Shown here: piece after piece, positions 27,631 to 35,881 of the stretch | Layout: every line of letters starts with the position of its first letter | Position numbering within the stretch: position 1 is the stretch's first letter | Source of the DNA: an uncultured virus (IMG/VR IMGVR_UViG_3300024500_000017) | Lineage: Duplodnaviria; Heunggongvirae; Uroviricota; Caudoviricetes | Length of the DNA stretch: 37,861 nt | Virus record (IMG/VR): IMGVR_UViG_3300024500_000017 | Reading direction: 5' to 3' (one strand) | Made by a program: the position numbers and the translations under genes | The notes under the pieces: generated by a model | The model's input: the letters and a program-made list of their open reading frames with translations, nothing else | Database searches by the model: none | Told to the model about the DNA's origin: nothing

Positions 27631-28993
27631 GTTTCTAATTCTTAGAAACCTTTTATACAATGAACAATACATTAGGAAAGTAATTCCTTTTATTAAATCT
27701 GAATATTTTGAAGACCTTAATCAAAAAATTATATTTGAAGAAATTCAGTCTTTTGTACAACAATACAATCAACCAACAACTAAAGAGGTTCTTTGTATCG
27801 AGATAGAAAAAAGAACAGACATTAATGAACAGTCTTTTAAGGAAATTGTGCAAGTAATTTCTTGTTTGGATGATGTGCCTGTTGAGTTTGATTGGTTAGT
27901 TAATACCACTGAAAAATGGTGTCGTGATCGTGCCATTTATTTGGCACTTATGGAATCAATTCATATTACAGACGGTAAAGATGAAAAGAAAAATCGTGAC
28001 AGTATTCCTTCTATTCTTTCTGATGCTCTTGCTGTAAGTTTTGATACTCATATCGGACATGATTATCTACAAGACTATGAACAAAGATACGAATCATATC
28101 ATAAAAAGGAGGATAAAATTGAATTTGATCTCGAATACTTTAATAAAATCACGAAAGGTGGTCTCCCTAACAAAACTCTTAACATCGCTCTTGCTGGTAC
28201 GGGCGTCGGGAAGTCTTTATTCATGTGCCATATGGCTAGCTCCGTCTTGCTCCAGGGACGGAACGTTCTGTACATTACGCTGGAAATGGCAGAAGAACGC
28301 ATTGCTGAAAGAATTGACGCAAACCTCCTGAATGTTCCTATTCAGGATATTGTAGATCTACCAAAGCAAATGTTTGAGAATAAGGTTACAAACCTTGCAA
28401 AGAAAACTCAAGGTACTTTAATCATTAAAGAGTATCCAACTGCTTCTGCACACTCTGGACATTTTAAGTCTCTTCTGAATGAACTTGCTCTTAAGAAATC
28501 GTTCAAACCAGATATTATCTTTATTGATTATCTAAACATTTGTTCATCTTCAAGGTATAAGGGTAATAGTAATATCAACTCTTATACTTTTGTAAAAGCA
28601 ATTGCAGAAGAACTTCGTGGTCTTGCTGTGGAATTTAATGTTCCCATTGTAAGTGCTACTCAGACTACTCGTTCTGGTTATGGTTCTTCTGATGTGGAAC
28701 TAACAGATACTTCTGAGTCTTTCGGTCTCCCTGCAACTGCTGACTTGATGTTTGCGTTAATTTCTACAGAAGAACTTGAAGGTCTTGGTCAAATTCTTGT
28801 GAAACAACTTAAGAATCGTTATAATGATCCAACAATTCATAAGCGTTTTGTTGTTGGTATTGATCGTGCCAAGATGAGACTTTATGATTGTGAACAATCT
28901 GCTCAGCAAGATATTCTTGACAACGGAAAGGATGAAGAGTATGATTATGAAGAAAAGAAACCTAAAAAATCATTTGAGGGATTTAAATTCTGA
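27617..28993 (+). CDS. gp41: Replicative helicase gp41 (DnaB-like)
   Basis: [44 protein letters not shown] motifs. Confidence 0.97.
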   Translation: MEKVEFLILRNLLYNEQYIRKVIPFIKSEYFEDLNQKIIFEEIQSFVQQYNQPTTKEVLCIEIEKRTDINEQSFKEIVQVISCLDDVPVEFDWLVNTTEKWCRDRAIYLALMESIHITDGKDEKKNRDSIPSILSDALAVSFDTHIGHDYLQDYEQRYESYHKKEDKIEFDLEYFNKITKGGLPNKTLNIALAGTGVGKSLFMCHMASSVLLQGRNVLYITLEMAEERIAERIDANLLNVPIQDIVDLPKQMFENKVTNLAKKTQGTLIIKEYPTASAHSGHFKSLLNELALKKSFKPDIIFIDYLNICSSSRYKGNSNINSYTFVKAIAEELRGLAVEFNVPIVSATQTTRSGYGSSDVELTDTSESFGLPATADLMFALISTEELEGLGQILVKQLKNRYNDPTIHKRFVVGIDRAKMRLYDCEQSAQQDILDNGKDEEYDYEEKKPKKSFEGFKF

Positions 28994-29397
28994 TGACTAT
29001 TGATCTTAATAAGTATGTCGAGTTCGTTAATACCACTACTTCTAATCCTAGTAAAGACCACGCATCTTTCATCAACAGTCTTATGGAACTAAGGGAACAG
29101 GAGTTTCCTACCGAAAGACTGCTTACTGCTGCTGTAGGAATGTCTGCCGAAGCAGGTGAATTTACTGAAATTGTAAAGAAGATTGTCTTTCAAGGTAAAC
29201 CTGTAAATCAAGAAAACTTGTTTCACTTGAAGCGTGAACTTGGGGACATTATGTGGTATGTTTCTCAGGCATGTATTGGACTTGATATTTCTCTTGAAGA
29301 AGTTATTCAAATGAACTTTGAGAAATTAAATGCTCGTTATCCTGAAGGTGCTTTCAGTATTGAGCGTTCTGAAAATCGTAAAAATGGAGATCTATGA
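28993..29397 (+). CDS. mazG: MazG-like nucleotide pyrophosphohydrolase
   Basis: EAGEFTE...ELGDIMWY...N.EKL.ARYP motif. Confidence 0.92.
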   Translation: MTIDLNKYVEFVNTTTSNPSKDHASFINSLMELREQEFPTERLLTAAVGMSAEAGEFTEIVKKIVFQGKPVNQENLFHLKRELGDIMWYVSQACIGLDISLEEVIQMNFEKLNARYPEGAFSIERSENRKNGDL

Positions 29398-29579
29398 CTA
29401 AAGAAAAACAAGTAACAATTAAAATGGATGCTCGTGCAGCAGCAGCAGTTCGTCAAGTTTTGTTTGATGCACAAAAAGGATATACTTATGATGAAGTGAG
29501 TGTTCCTCCGCGTGTAATTGATATTCGTGAAGTAATTCAACAACTTGACGATAATATTGGTGCTGTTCTTGGTATTTGA
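29394..29579 (+). CDS. Hypothetical protein, 61 aa
   Basis: ATGA-coupled to mazG and ends at a terminator. Confidence 0.7.
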   Translation: MTKEKQVTIKMDARAAAAVRQVLFDAQKGYTYDEVSVPPRVIDIREVIQQLDDNIGAVLGI

Positions 29580-29598
29580 TCCTTCGGGGTCTTTTTTT
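29578..29598 (+). terminator. Terminator with cUUCGg tetraloop
   Basis: GATCC-TTCG-GGGTC followed by T7. Confidence 0.85.
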
Positions 29599-29605
29599 AT
29601 AAATA
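29598..29605 (+). promoter_or_regulatory. Late promoter TATAAATA
   Basis: Perfect consensus about 30 nt upstream of ATG 29634. Confidence 0.85.
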
Positions 29606-29633
29606 AATATACAGAATTACTAAAAACTTTCAA

Positions 29634-30530
29634 ATGGATTCTAAAGAACTTAGAGGTTTGTGTGAAGCATATAGTGCAATTTATGATGAAGATCTTAGAG
29701 ATGAGTTGGAAGAAATGTCAGATGAGTTTGCTGGCATTGAAGATCTTACTGACGAAGAAATTGATACAATTGTAGAAGAAACAATTGATGAAATGCTTGA
29801 AGAAGGATATGATTTTGATGAAGTGGAAGAAATCTTTGAAGAAGTTCTTTCGGAAGCAAGAGTTGATATGAGTGCTCGTGCTGCGGCAAGAAAGCAGTAT
29901 GCACAATCTTCAGAAAAAGCGGCAAGTCAAGCAAGAAAGGCAGGCGCATCTGTAGTCAGAAAGGAAAAGAGAGCAGAAAAAATTGCTAAAGTAAAAGGTG
30001 CTGTTAAGTCTGCACTTGGAAAAGCAAAGTCTGCTGGTAAAGCAGCAGTTGCAAAAGCAAAGGAAGCTGGAAAAGAAGCAAAGTTCCGTGCTGTTGATAG
30101 ACCAGCAGCTGCATATGCAACAAAGAGAGGTCTTCACCCTGCTGCAGGAATGGCTGCAAGATCGAAGGATCCTGAAAAGAGAAGAGGACTGAGAGCAAAA
30201 GTTGCTGCTGATATTAAAGGTAGAATTAAGAAGAAAATCGCTCAAGCGCAAGTAGGTGCTTATAGTGCTGCAAGAAAAGCAGGACAAGCAGCATCTGATG
30301 TTGCTGGAAAAGCAAAGCAAAGTGCTAAGTACACTGCAGCAAGAACAAAGAGAGGTGTTAAAAAAGCAGTAGGAGCAGCTGCATCTGGAGTTGCTTCTGG
30401 TGCTTCAAAACTTGCTTCAAGAATGGCAACTGAAGAAGTTGATGTATTTGATACAACTCTTGCCGAATTGATGGAGCAAGGTAACACTAGAGAAGAAGCA
30501 TTGAAAATTATGGTTACTGAAACTATCTGA
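29634..30530 (+). CDS. Late protein with acidic ends and a Lys/Ala-rich core (candidate internal head protein)
   Basis: aa 1-74 very acidic and ending in VLSE; aa ~75-266 K/A/R-rich; acidic C-terminal tail after ATEE. Confidence 0.8.
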   Translation: MDSKELRGLCEAYSAIYDEDLRDELEEMSDEFAGIEDLTDEEIDTIVEETIDEMLEEGYDFDEVEEIFEEVLSEARVDMSARAAARKQYAQSSEKAASQARKAGASVVRKEKRAEKIAKVKGAVKSALGKAKSAGKAAVAKAKEAGKEAKFRAVDRPAAAYATKRGLHPAAGMAARSKDPEKRRGLRAKVAADIKGRIKKKIAQAQVGAYSAARKAGQAASDVAGKAKQSAKYTAARTKRGVKKAVGAAASGVASGASKLASRMATEEVDVFDTTLAELMEQGNTREEALKIMVTETI

Positions 30531-30553
30531 TAAATAAATCGGAAGGTTGCTTT

Positions 30554-30588
30554 AACCCCTTGACTTTTTAGTTGAGGGGTTTTATAAT
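30554..30588 (+). promoter_or_regulatory. Hairpin/terminator overlapping a sigma70-type promoter for the tRNA
   Basis: AACCCCTTGACT-TTTT-AGTTGAGGGGTT stem; TTGACT (30560-30565), 17 nt spacer, TATAAT (30583-30588). Confidence 0.8.
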
Positions 30589-30598
30589 GTCTAAACTT

Positions 30599-30672
30599 GG
30601 GGAATTAGCTCAGTCTGGTAGAGCGCCTGCTTTGCAAGCAGGATGTCAGGAGTTCGAGTCTCCTATTCTCCA
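30599..30672 (+). tRNA. tRNA-Ala(UGC)
   Basis: Acceptor stem GGGGAAT/ATTCTCC with the G3:U70 Ala identity pair; anticodon arm CCTGC-TTTGCAA-GCAGG (TGC 30633-30635); T arm AGGAG-TTCGAGT-CTCCT; discriminator A; CCA not encoded. Confidence 0.97.
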
Positions 30673-30720
30673 TAAATATAAAAGCAGAAAAAAATAAATA
30701 AAAGTATAAAAATAAACAAT

Positions 30721-31998
30721 ATGAAGAGTTTCTTCCAATTTTTATCAGAAGCAACGCAATCGCAAGCATCTATGCAGGCGAAAAAACTTGGATTGCGTGG
30801 AGATGGTCATGGTGGATGGGTAGATAGATCTGGCAAAACAGTTGCAAGAACAGAAGAAGGGAAACTTAAATTCACTGATGGTAGACCGACAAAGGGAGAA
30901 AAGCAACCAGTAAATAAACAAGCAAAAACTCAATTACCTCAAGCAACTCAAGCAACACAAGCACCTGCACCACAACCTCAAGCGGTATCAGGACAAGCAC
31001 CAGAAGAGCAACCTGAAGAAGAACTATCACCACTTACTATTGTTTTTGGTCGCTTTAACCCACCAACAATTGGTCATGATAAACTTCTTAAGTCGGCAAA
31101 GAGGATTTCTGTTGGTGGAGATATTAAGATTTATCCTTCAAGAACTCAAGATCCAAAGAAAAATCCACTAGATCCTGATATCAAAATTTCTTACATGAAA
31201 AAAATGTTCCCAGATTTTGAGGAGAACATTATTAATGACCCATATATGAGAACAATCTTTGATGTTCTTGTTGCAGCACAAGAAGAAGGATATACTAGTG
31301 TGAATATTGTTGTGGGTTCTGATCGTCAGGCAGAATTTGAAAACCTTGCCCAAAAATATAATGGAGAACTATATAATTTTGATTTAATTCGAGTTGTATC
31401 TGCTGGAGTAAGAGATGCTGATGCAGAAGGTATCGAGGGAATGTCTGCATCTAAAATGAGAAAAGCAGTATTAGATAATGATTTTAATTCTTTCCGTAGA
31501 GGAACACCAAAAACATTAGATGATGGAGAAACACAAACACTTTTTGATGCTGTTCGACAGGGAATGAAAGTTAAGAAATCTAAGGTTAAAAAGGAAAGTT
31601 ATTCTCTATGGGATATTGCCCCTAAGTATGATATGAAAAATCTTCGTGAAAATTATGTAAAGGGAAAAATATTTAAAATAGGCGATAAAATTCAAAATTT
31701 AAATACAGGATTAATTGGTGAAGTAATGCGTAGAGGAACTAATCATTTGATATGTGTGACGGAAGAAGGATATATGTTTAAATCTTGGATCAAAGATTTG
31801 ATGGAATATTCTGAAGTAGAAATGAATAGTCCAATGAGAGATAAAGTACATCCAAATACTCTTGTTGGAACTCTTGGTGCATTTAAACACTATGCAAAAA
31901 TGACTCCAGGATCGGTTGGAACTAATAAACAATATCTCCAATTTGGAGGAAAGTCATATGGAACCAATTTCATAAATAAGTATAAGGCAAAAAAGTAA
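30721..31998 (+). CDS. Cytidyltransferase-like (HIGH-superfamily) nucleotidyltransferase with N- and C-terminal extensions
   Basis: TIVFGRFNPPTIGH, VVGSDR, MSASKMR motifs; CTS-like start MKSFFQFLSE; late boxes at 30672-30678 and 30694-30700. Confidence 0.85.
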   Translation: MKSFFQFLSEATQSQASMQAKKLGLRGDGHGGWVDRSGKTVARTEEGKLKFTDGRPTKGEKQPVNKQAKTQLPQATQATQAPAPQPQAVSGQAPEEQPEEELSPLTIVFGRFNPPTIGHDKLLKSAKRISVGGDIKIYPSRTQDPKKNPLDPDIKISYMKKMFPDFEENIINDPYMRTIFDVLVAAQEEGYTSVNIVVGSDRQAEFENLAQKYNGELYNFDLIRVVSAGVRDADAEGIEGMSASKMRKAVLDNDFNSFRRGTPKTLDDGETQTLFDAVRQGMKVKKSKVKKESYSLWDIAPKYDMKNLRENYVKGKIFKIGDKIQNLNTGLIGEVMRRGTNHLICVTEEGYMFKSWIKDLMEYSEVEMNSPMRDKVHPNTLVGTLGAFKHYAKMTPGSVGTNKQYLQFGGKSYGTNFINKYKAKK

Positions 31999-32010
31999 GT
32001 ACTTATTAAG

Positions 32011-33711
32011 ATGTCAACCAATCCTCTGAATGATATTTCCAGAGTATATCTGGAGCAAGTTTCTGAATCTGCAGTTCCTGGTAAACCTGCAGAAAGACTT
32101 GGTGCAGTGACTGCTATTCCTAAAAGTGAGCAAGATGCTGCCAGAGAAAGAACACTTGCAAAAGCAAAGGCAATGAGAGAAAAGAAAGGTATCAAGGAAG
32201 CAGCAAAACCAGATTACTTGGATTTTGACAAGGATGGTAATGAAAAAGAATCCATGAAGAAGGCTTTGAGAGATAAAGCGAAGCAAAAAATGGAAGAAGC
32301 GAAGAAAACAAATGATGGCAATCTTGCAAATAATTATCCTCCATATGACAAAGTAACTAGAGGTGATGTAATTGCGGGTAGGTTGGGTAAGGATGAAATG
32401 GGTGGAAGCAAAAAAGTTGCAAAAGAAGGATTCTCCAATTGGAGAGAAGATTTGGTTGAAATTACCGATAAAGTTGATAATAAGGAAAATCAAAAAATTG
32501 TTGAAAAGCAAGTAAAAAATAAAATAAAAACAAGTGCAATTGGGTCTGGTATTAAAATAGGTGAATCAGTTGAAAATCTTGGTGGAACATTGATTGAAAT
32601 GGTAGAACTTGATGAAGAAGTTCTTACTGAAACTGTTGATATTGCGACTGAATATTTTTATGAACAGGGTTTAAATGAAGAAGGTTTAGATATTCTTATT
32701 GAAGAACTTGGGCTTGAGGAATTTGTAAATTTTGTTTTTGAAATTTCGGAAGAATATACATTAAACGAAGCAAGAACTTTACTTGGTAAAAAGAAAAGTC
32801 CTCAAAAACTTCCAAAAGGAACTGCACCGTCTCAAGCAACAAAGGCAGCAGTTCAAAAGTATGGAACTACTCGAAGATTTAAGTCAAGTCCTGCATCGTC
32901 AACTGTCAGAAAAAAATCAGTTGCTATTAAAAAAGCTGTTGAAAAGCAACCATCTAAGAAACCAGTAAGAGATGCAATTGCAAAAGGAATTTTTGGCGCA
33001 GTAAAAGCATACCAATCTGGAATGGAAAGGCATCGTGCAGCAACTCAAACTGCAGGAAAAGCACTAAGAGTTGCTGCAAAAGGAGCATCTGAATTTGGTA
33101 AAGGCGTAAAATCTGGTGTTACTGGAACTGTTACTGCTGCTAAAAAAATTAAAAAAGCAGTATCTGAGGAAGTAATCAATGAAAAAGCTGCTAGTGAGCA
33201 GCAGCAAAAAATATTTGGACTTGCTCTTTCGGTAAAAAGAGGTCAGACTCCAAGATCTGAAGTAAGTGATGCTGTTCTTAAAATTGTTGATGATATGAGT
33301 GAGAAAAAAATTCGTGATTTTGCAAAAACAAAACATGAAAGAATTCCTAAAAAAGTTGAAGAAGCAGTCGCAGATTCTACTGCATTAACCCCTCAAGAAC
33401 TTCAAGTTCAAAAACAAAGAGCTTCTCTTGACACTAGGATTGCTACTCTTAGAAAACAAGCATTAATGAAGCAAAGAAAACCAGAAACTGTTTCTGAAGA
33501 AGATTCTGATCGAATGAAGGATAGACAACTTGAGCGTGGTGGAATGGGTGCTCGTTCTTCAACATCTCCTGCAAAACAATCTGCATCAAAACCAGAAACT
33601 CCAGCAGAAAGAGAAGCAAGAATGAAAAGACATAAAGAGACCTCCCAAAGAGCGTTAGATTTTGTGAGACAACAAATGATTTCCAAACATGGTAAAGGAT
33701 CTTTAATGTAA
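32011..33711 (+). CDS. Modular late protein, 566 aa (candidate processed internal protein)
   Basis: Late box ATAAATA 31972-31978; alternating acidic and basic blocks, DxDxDG loop, DUF3008-like segment. Confidence 0.8.
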   Translation: MSTNPLNDISRVYLEQVSESAVPGKPAERLGAVTAIPKSEQDAARERTLAKAKAMREKKGIKEAAKPDYLDFDKDGNEKESMKKALRDKAKQKMEEAKKTNDGNLANNYPPYDKVTRGDVIAGRLGKDEMGGSKKVAKEGFSNWREDLVEITDKVDNKENQKIVEKQVKNKIKTSAIGSGIKIGESVENLGGTLIEMVELDEEVLTETVDIATEYFYEQGLNEEGLDILIEELGLEEFVNFVFEISEEYTLNEARTLLGKKKSPQKLPKGTAPSQATKAAVQKYGTTRRFKSSPASSTVRKKSVAIKKAVEKQPSKKPVRDAIAKGIFGAVKAYQSGMERHRAATQTAGKALRVAAKGASEFGKGVKSGVTGTVTAAKKIKKAVSEEVINEKAASEQQQKIFGLALSVKRGQTPRSEVSDAVLKIVDDMSEKKIRDFAKTKHERIPKKVEEAVADSTALTPQELQVQKQRASLDTRIATLRKQALMKQRKPETVSEEDSDRMKDRQLERGGMGARSSTSPAKQSASKPETPAEREARMKRHKETSQRALDFVRQQMISKHGKGSLM

Positions 33712-33750
33712 TCCTAAATAAGATAGGATACTCTCTTACGGAGGAACATC

Positions 33751-33924
33751 ATGGGCGCAGTAGTTGCAGTGGTAAAACCACTTTTAATTCAAATCGCGAC
33801 ACATCCAGCAGTTAAAAATCTTGTTCTTGACTTACTTAAAAAGTATGTTGATAGTACAGATAATAGCATTGATAATGTAGTTTATGATCTTGTAAAGGAT
33901 AAACTCTTTACGCCACAAGCATGA
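33751..33924 (+). CDS. Small amphipathic late protein, 57 aa (not in ORF track)
   Basis: MGAVVAVVKPLLIQIATHPAVKNLVLDLLKKYVDSTDNSIDNVVYDLVKDKLFTPQA*; GGAGG ribosome-binding site; late box CTAAATA 33714-33720. Confidence 0.8.
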   Translation: MGAVVAVVKPLLIQIATHPAVKNLVLDLLKKYVDSTDNSIDNVVYDLVKDKLFTPQA

Positions 33925-34085
33925 TTACTTGTTTTGTGACCAACTGGGGAGTTACCATTGTTCTCGGTCTACTGCTAACCACTTCCGAGTGGTTAGCAAA
34001 AACAAAAAGATTTGAGGAAAATGGATTACTTGATCTGACAACTAATTTTTTGAGGGTTGTTTTACATAAAGAGACCAAAAAGTAA
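33921..34085 (+). CDS. Small membrane protein, 54 aa, holin-like (not in ORF track)
   Basis: MITCFVTNWGVTIVLGLLLTTSEWLAKTKRFEENGLLDLTTNFLRVVLHKETKK*; ATGA coupling; N-terminal hydrophobic helix and basic C-terminus. Confidence 0.6.
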   Translation: MITCFVTNWGVTIVLGLLLTTSEWLAKTKRFEENGLLDLTTNFLRVVLHKETKK

Positions 34086-34099
34086 GGTCTCTTTTTTTT
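34068..34099 (+). terminator. Rho-independent terminator
   Basis: AAAGAGACC-N9-GGTCTCTTT continuing into a T run. Confidence 0.8.
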
Positions 34100-34106
34100 A
34101 TAAATA
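34099..34106 (+). promoter_or_regulatory. Late promoter TATAAATA
   Basis: Perfect consensus upstream of ATG 34141. Confidence 0.85.
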
Positions 34107-34140
34107 ATTTTTAGCAAATAACTTTTACGGAAGAAAGAAC

Positions 34141-34905
34141 ATGGCACTCTGGGGAAATAATGATGCTAAAGGTTCTGGTGGTACAGTATCTTTAGACTAT
34201 CAAACTTTGACTGTGACCGGTAGTGGTACTACTTTTGGCAATGCAGGTGCTGCAGCAGTTGGTGATGTTATTCGTTTTGGATCTAGAACGGGTACTTATT
34301 ATGGTGATGCTGTAATTGTGGGAATTACAAGTGCAACACAACTTTCAATTGCTTCTACCTCCAATTTAAGCGGTGCTACTATTTCTGGAGTTCAATTTGA
34401 TATTAGCGAATTACCTAAGTATACTGTTCTCGATAGTACATTCAGTGCAGCAAATATTGCCGCTAGAAGTTTTTCACCAATTACATATACTGGAACTGCA
34501 ACAGCATCTGCTGGAATTGGAACAAATGTTATTTCGTCAAGTGTTTTAAATGGGGCAACTGGAGTAGTTGTTGGTGATGCTCTAGTAAACAATGGTAATA
34601 ATGTTGTTATTAATAGCATTGGAGCAACGACAATTTCTCTTGCTTCAACAATTAGTGCTGGAATTAGTACAGGTGATATATTAAGATTCGCAAGACTTGC
34701 TGATGGATATGCTAGATCAGTTTATGGTGTTGCTGATGCTGGAATTGAAGTAGCACAAGGAACTTCATACGCTTTAACTCATGAGGGATGGGTTGGGGTT
34801 ACAACTTACATGGGAGTTGAAGGTGAAATGAGAGTCAAGACCGAAGTTCTTGTTGCAATGTCTGGAATTACTACTGGTAATACTCCACTTTATCCACCTG
34901 CTTGA
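34141..34905 (+). CDS. Putative virion structural protein, 254 aa
   Basis: MALWG N-terminus and HEGWVG...RVKTEVLVAMS C-terminus as in T4-like virion proteins; G/T/S/A-rich core. Confidence 0.75.
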   Translation: MALWGNNDAKGSGGTVSLDYQTLTVTGSGTTFGNAGAAAVGDVIRFGSRTGTYYGDAVIVGITSATQLSIASTSNLSGATISGVQFDISELPKYTVLDSTFSAANIAARSFSPITYTGTATASAGIGTNVISSSVLNGATGVVVGDALVNNGNNVVINSIGATTISLASTISAGISTGDILRFARLADGYARSVYGVADAGIEVAQGTSYALTHEGWVGVTTYMGVEGEMRVKTEVLVAMSGITTGNTPLYPPA

Positions 34906-34917
34906 ATTTAATAGTCT

Positions 34918-35322
34918 ATGTTATTTACTGAATTGAATGATGATAATTTTCTTTTATTTGCAATAAAAAACTATGAAAATCCTCAAGCGGTAACCAAAGA
35001 AGATTTTGATAAAGATTTAAATCATTTTAAGTACATTAAAAGATTATTGAAGCGATATAAAAAATCAGGTGAATTGAAAACTCACTTGATTTTAAATCAC
35101 TTTATTATTCTCTATAATATATTTGGTGAAGCGGCAACTCCAATGTTATTTTTTAAACTTGAAAAAGATTTGTGGAATGTAGTTAAATCTTTTATTATTT
35201 TTTTGGGTAAGTTACCAGAGTATCCAAAGTCTAGTGTGAGTAACATTCAGGTTGATATGTATTGTTTGTCCGAACTGTATAAAATCTACAATGGAAAAGA
35301 AGAAACTGGACAGGATAATTGA
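34918..35322 (+). CDS. Conserved T4-like phage hypothetical protein
   Basis: ELNDDNFLLFAIKNY.NP...FKYIKRLLKRY...LILNHFIILYNIFG pattern. Confidence 0.8.
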   Translation: MLFTELNDDNFLLFAIKNYENPQAVTKEDFDKDLNHFKYIKRLLKRYKKSGELKTHLILNHFIILYNIFGEAATPMLFFKLEKDLWNVVKSFIIFLGKLPEYPKSSVSNIQVDMYCLSELYKIYNGKEETGQDN

Positions 35323-35506
35323 AATAATAAGAGAGCAAATGGTCGCAAATGCTCCAGGAGGATCTGGTGGTTTTTCTGGATCCGCTCAAGCAAAGGGTCC
35401 AACTGCTGGTTTTGATCCTGTTATGGGAATGACTAGAAGAAAAAAGATAATTGGATTAGGAAAAAATTCCAGAAATCGTTGGGATCCTAAAAAACAATCA
35501 ACTTAA
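35291..35506 (+). CDS. Small protein carrying a gp23 N-arm-like peptide, 71 aa
   Basis: MEKKKLDRIIEIIREQMVANAPGGSGGFSGSAQAKGPTAGFDPVMGMTRRKK...; 9-aa identity with gp23 in this window. Confidence 0.75.
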   Translation: MEKKKLDRIIEIIREQMVANAPGGSGGFSGSAQAKGPTAGFDPVMGMTRRKKIIGLGKNSRNRWDPKKQST

Positions 35507-35511
35507 AGACA

Positions 35512-35859
35512 ATGTTCGGACAAGACTCAAAGATTAAAGTTGCGGTTCTTGAAGAAAGAGTGAAAATTCATGAGGAAATGGTAGAGCGTGTAGACGCTGC
35601 CATTCAAACTCTCAGTGAAACAAATCAGAATATTTGTAAAATGCTTGCAGTTCATGATGAAAGAATTTTTAATTGTGCAAGAAGTGATGTGGATATCAAT
35701 GAAAAAATGGGTAAACTTGAAGTAAAAGTAGACGAACTTTCTAAGTTCAAATGGATGGCAGCAGGTGTTGTAGCACTTGCTTTGTTGTTTGTTCCATTTG
35801 TAACAGATTTTATAAATTCTTCAATAAATTCTTTAACCGAACAAGTTAAAACTAAATAA
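35512..35859 (+). CDS. Coiled-coil protein with C-terminal transmembrane helix
   Basis: Heptad-like N-terminal region followed by KWMAAGVVALALLFVPFV. Confidence 0.75.
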   Translation: MFGQDSKIKVAVLEERVKIHEEMVERVDAAIQTLSETNQNICKMLAVHDERIFNCARSDVDINEKMGKLEVKVDELSKFKWMAAGVVALALLFVPFVTDFINSSINSLTEQVKTK

Positions 35860-35881
35860 TCAAGTGTTGGCACTGGTGCCA

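Noticed and set aside
24009..28993. Introns or inteins in gp43, uvsX, gp41
   Set aside because: All are continuous and of normal length with no splicing or homing-endonuclease motifs seen.
35868..35881. Short palindrome TGGCAC-TG-GTGCCA before the 35-aa ORF
   Set aside because: Single occurrence, tiny loop and no T tract; not enough to assign a function.
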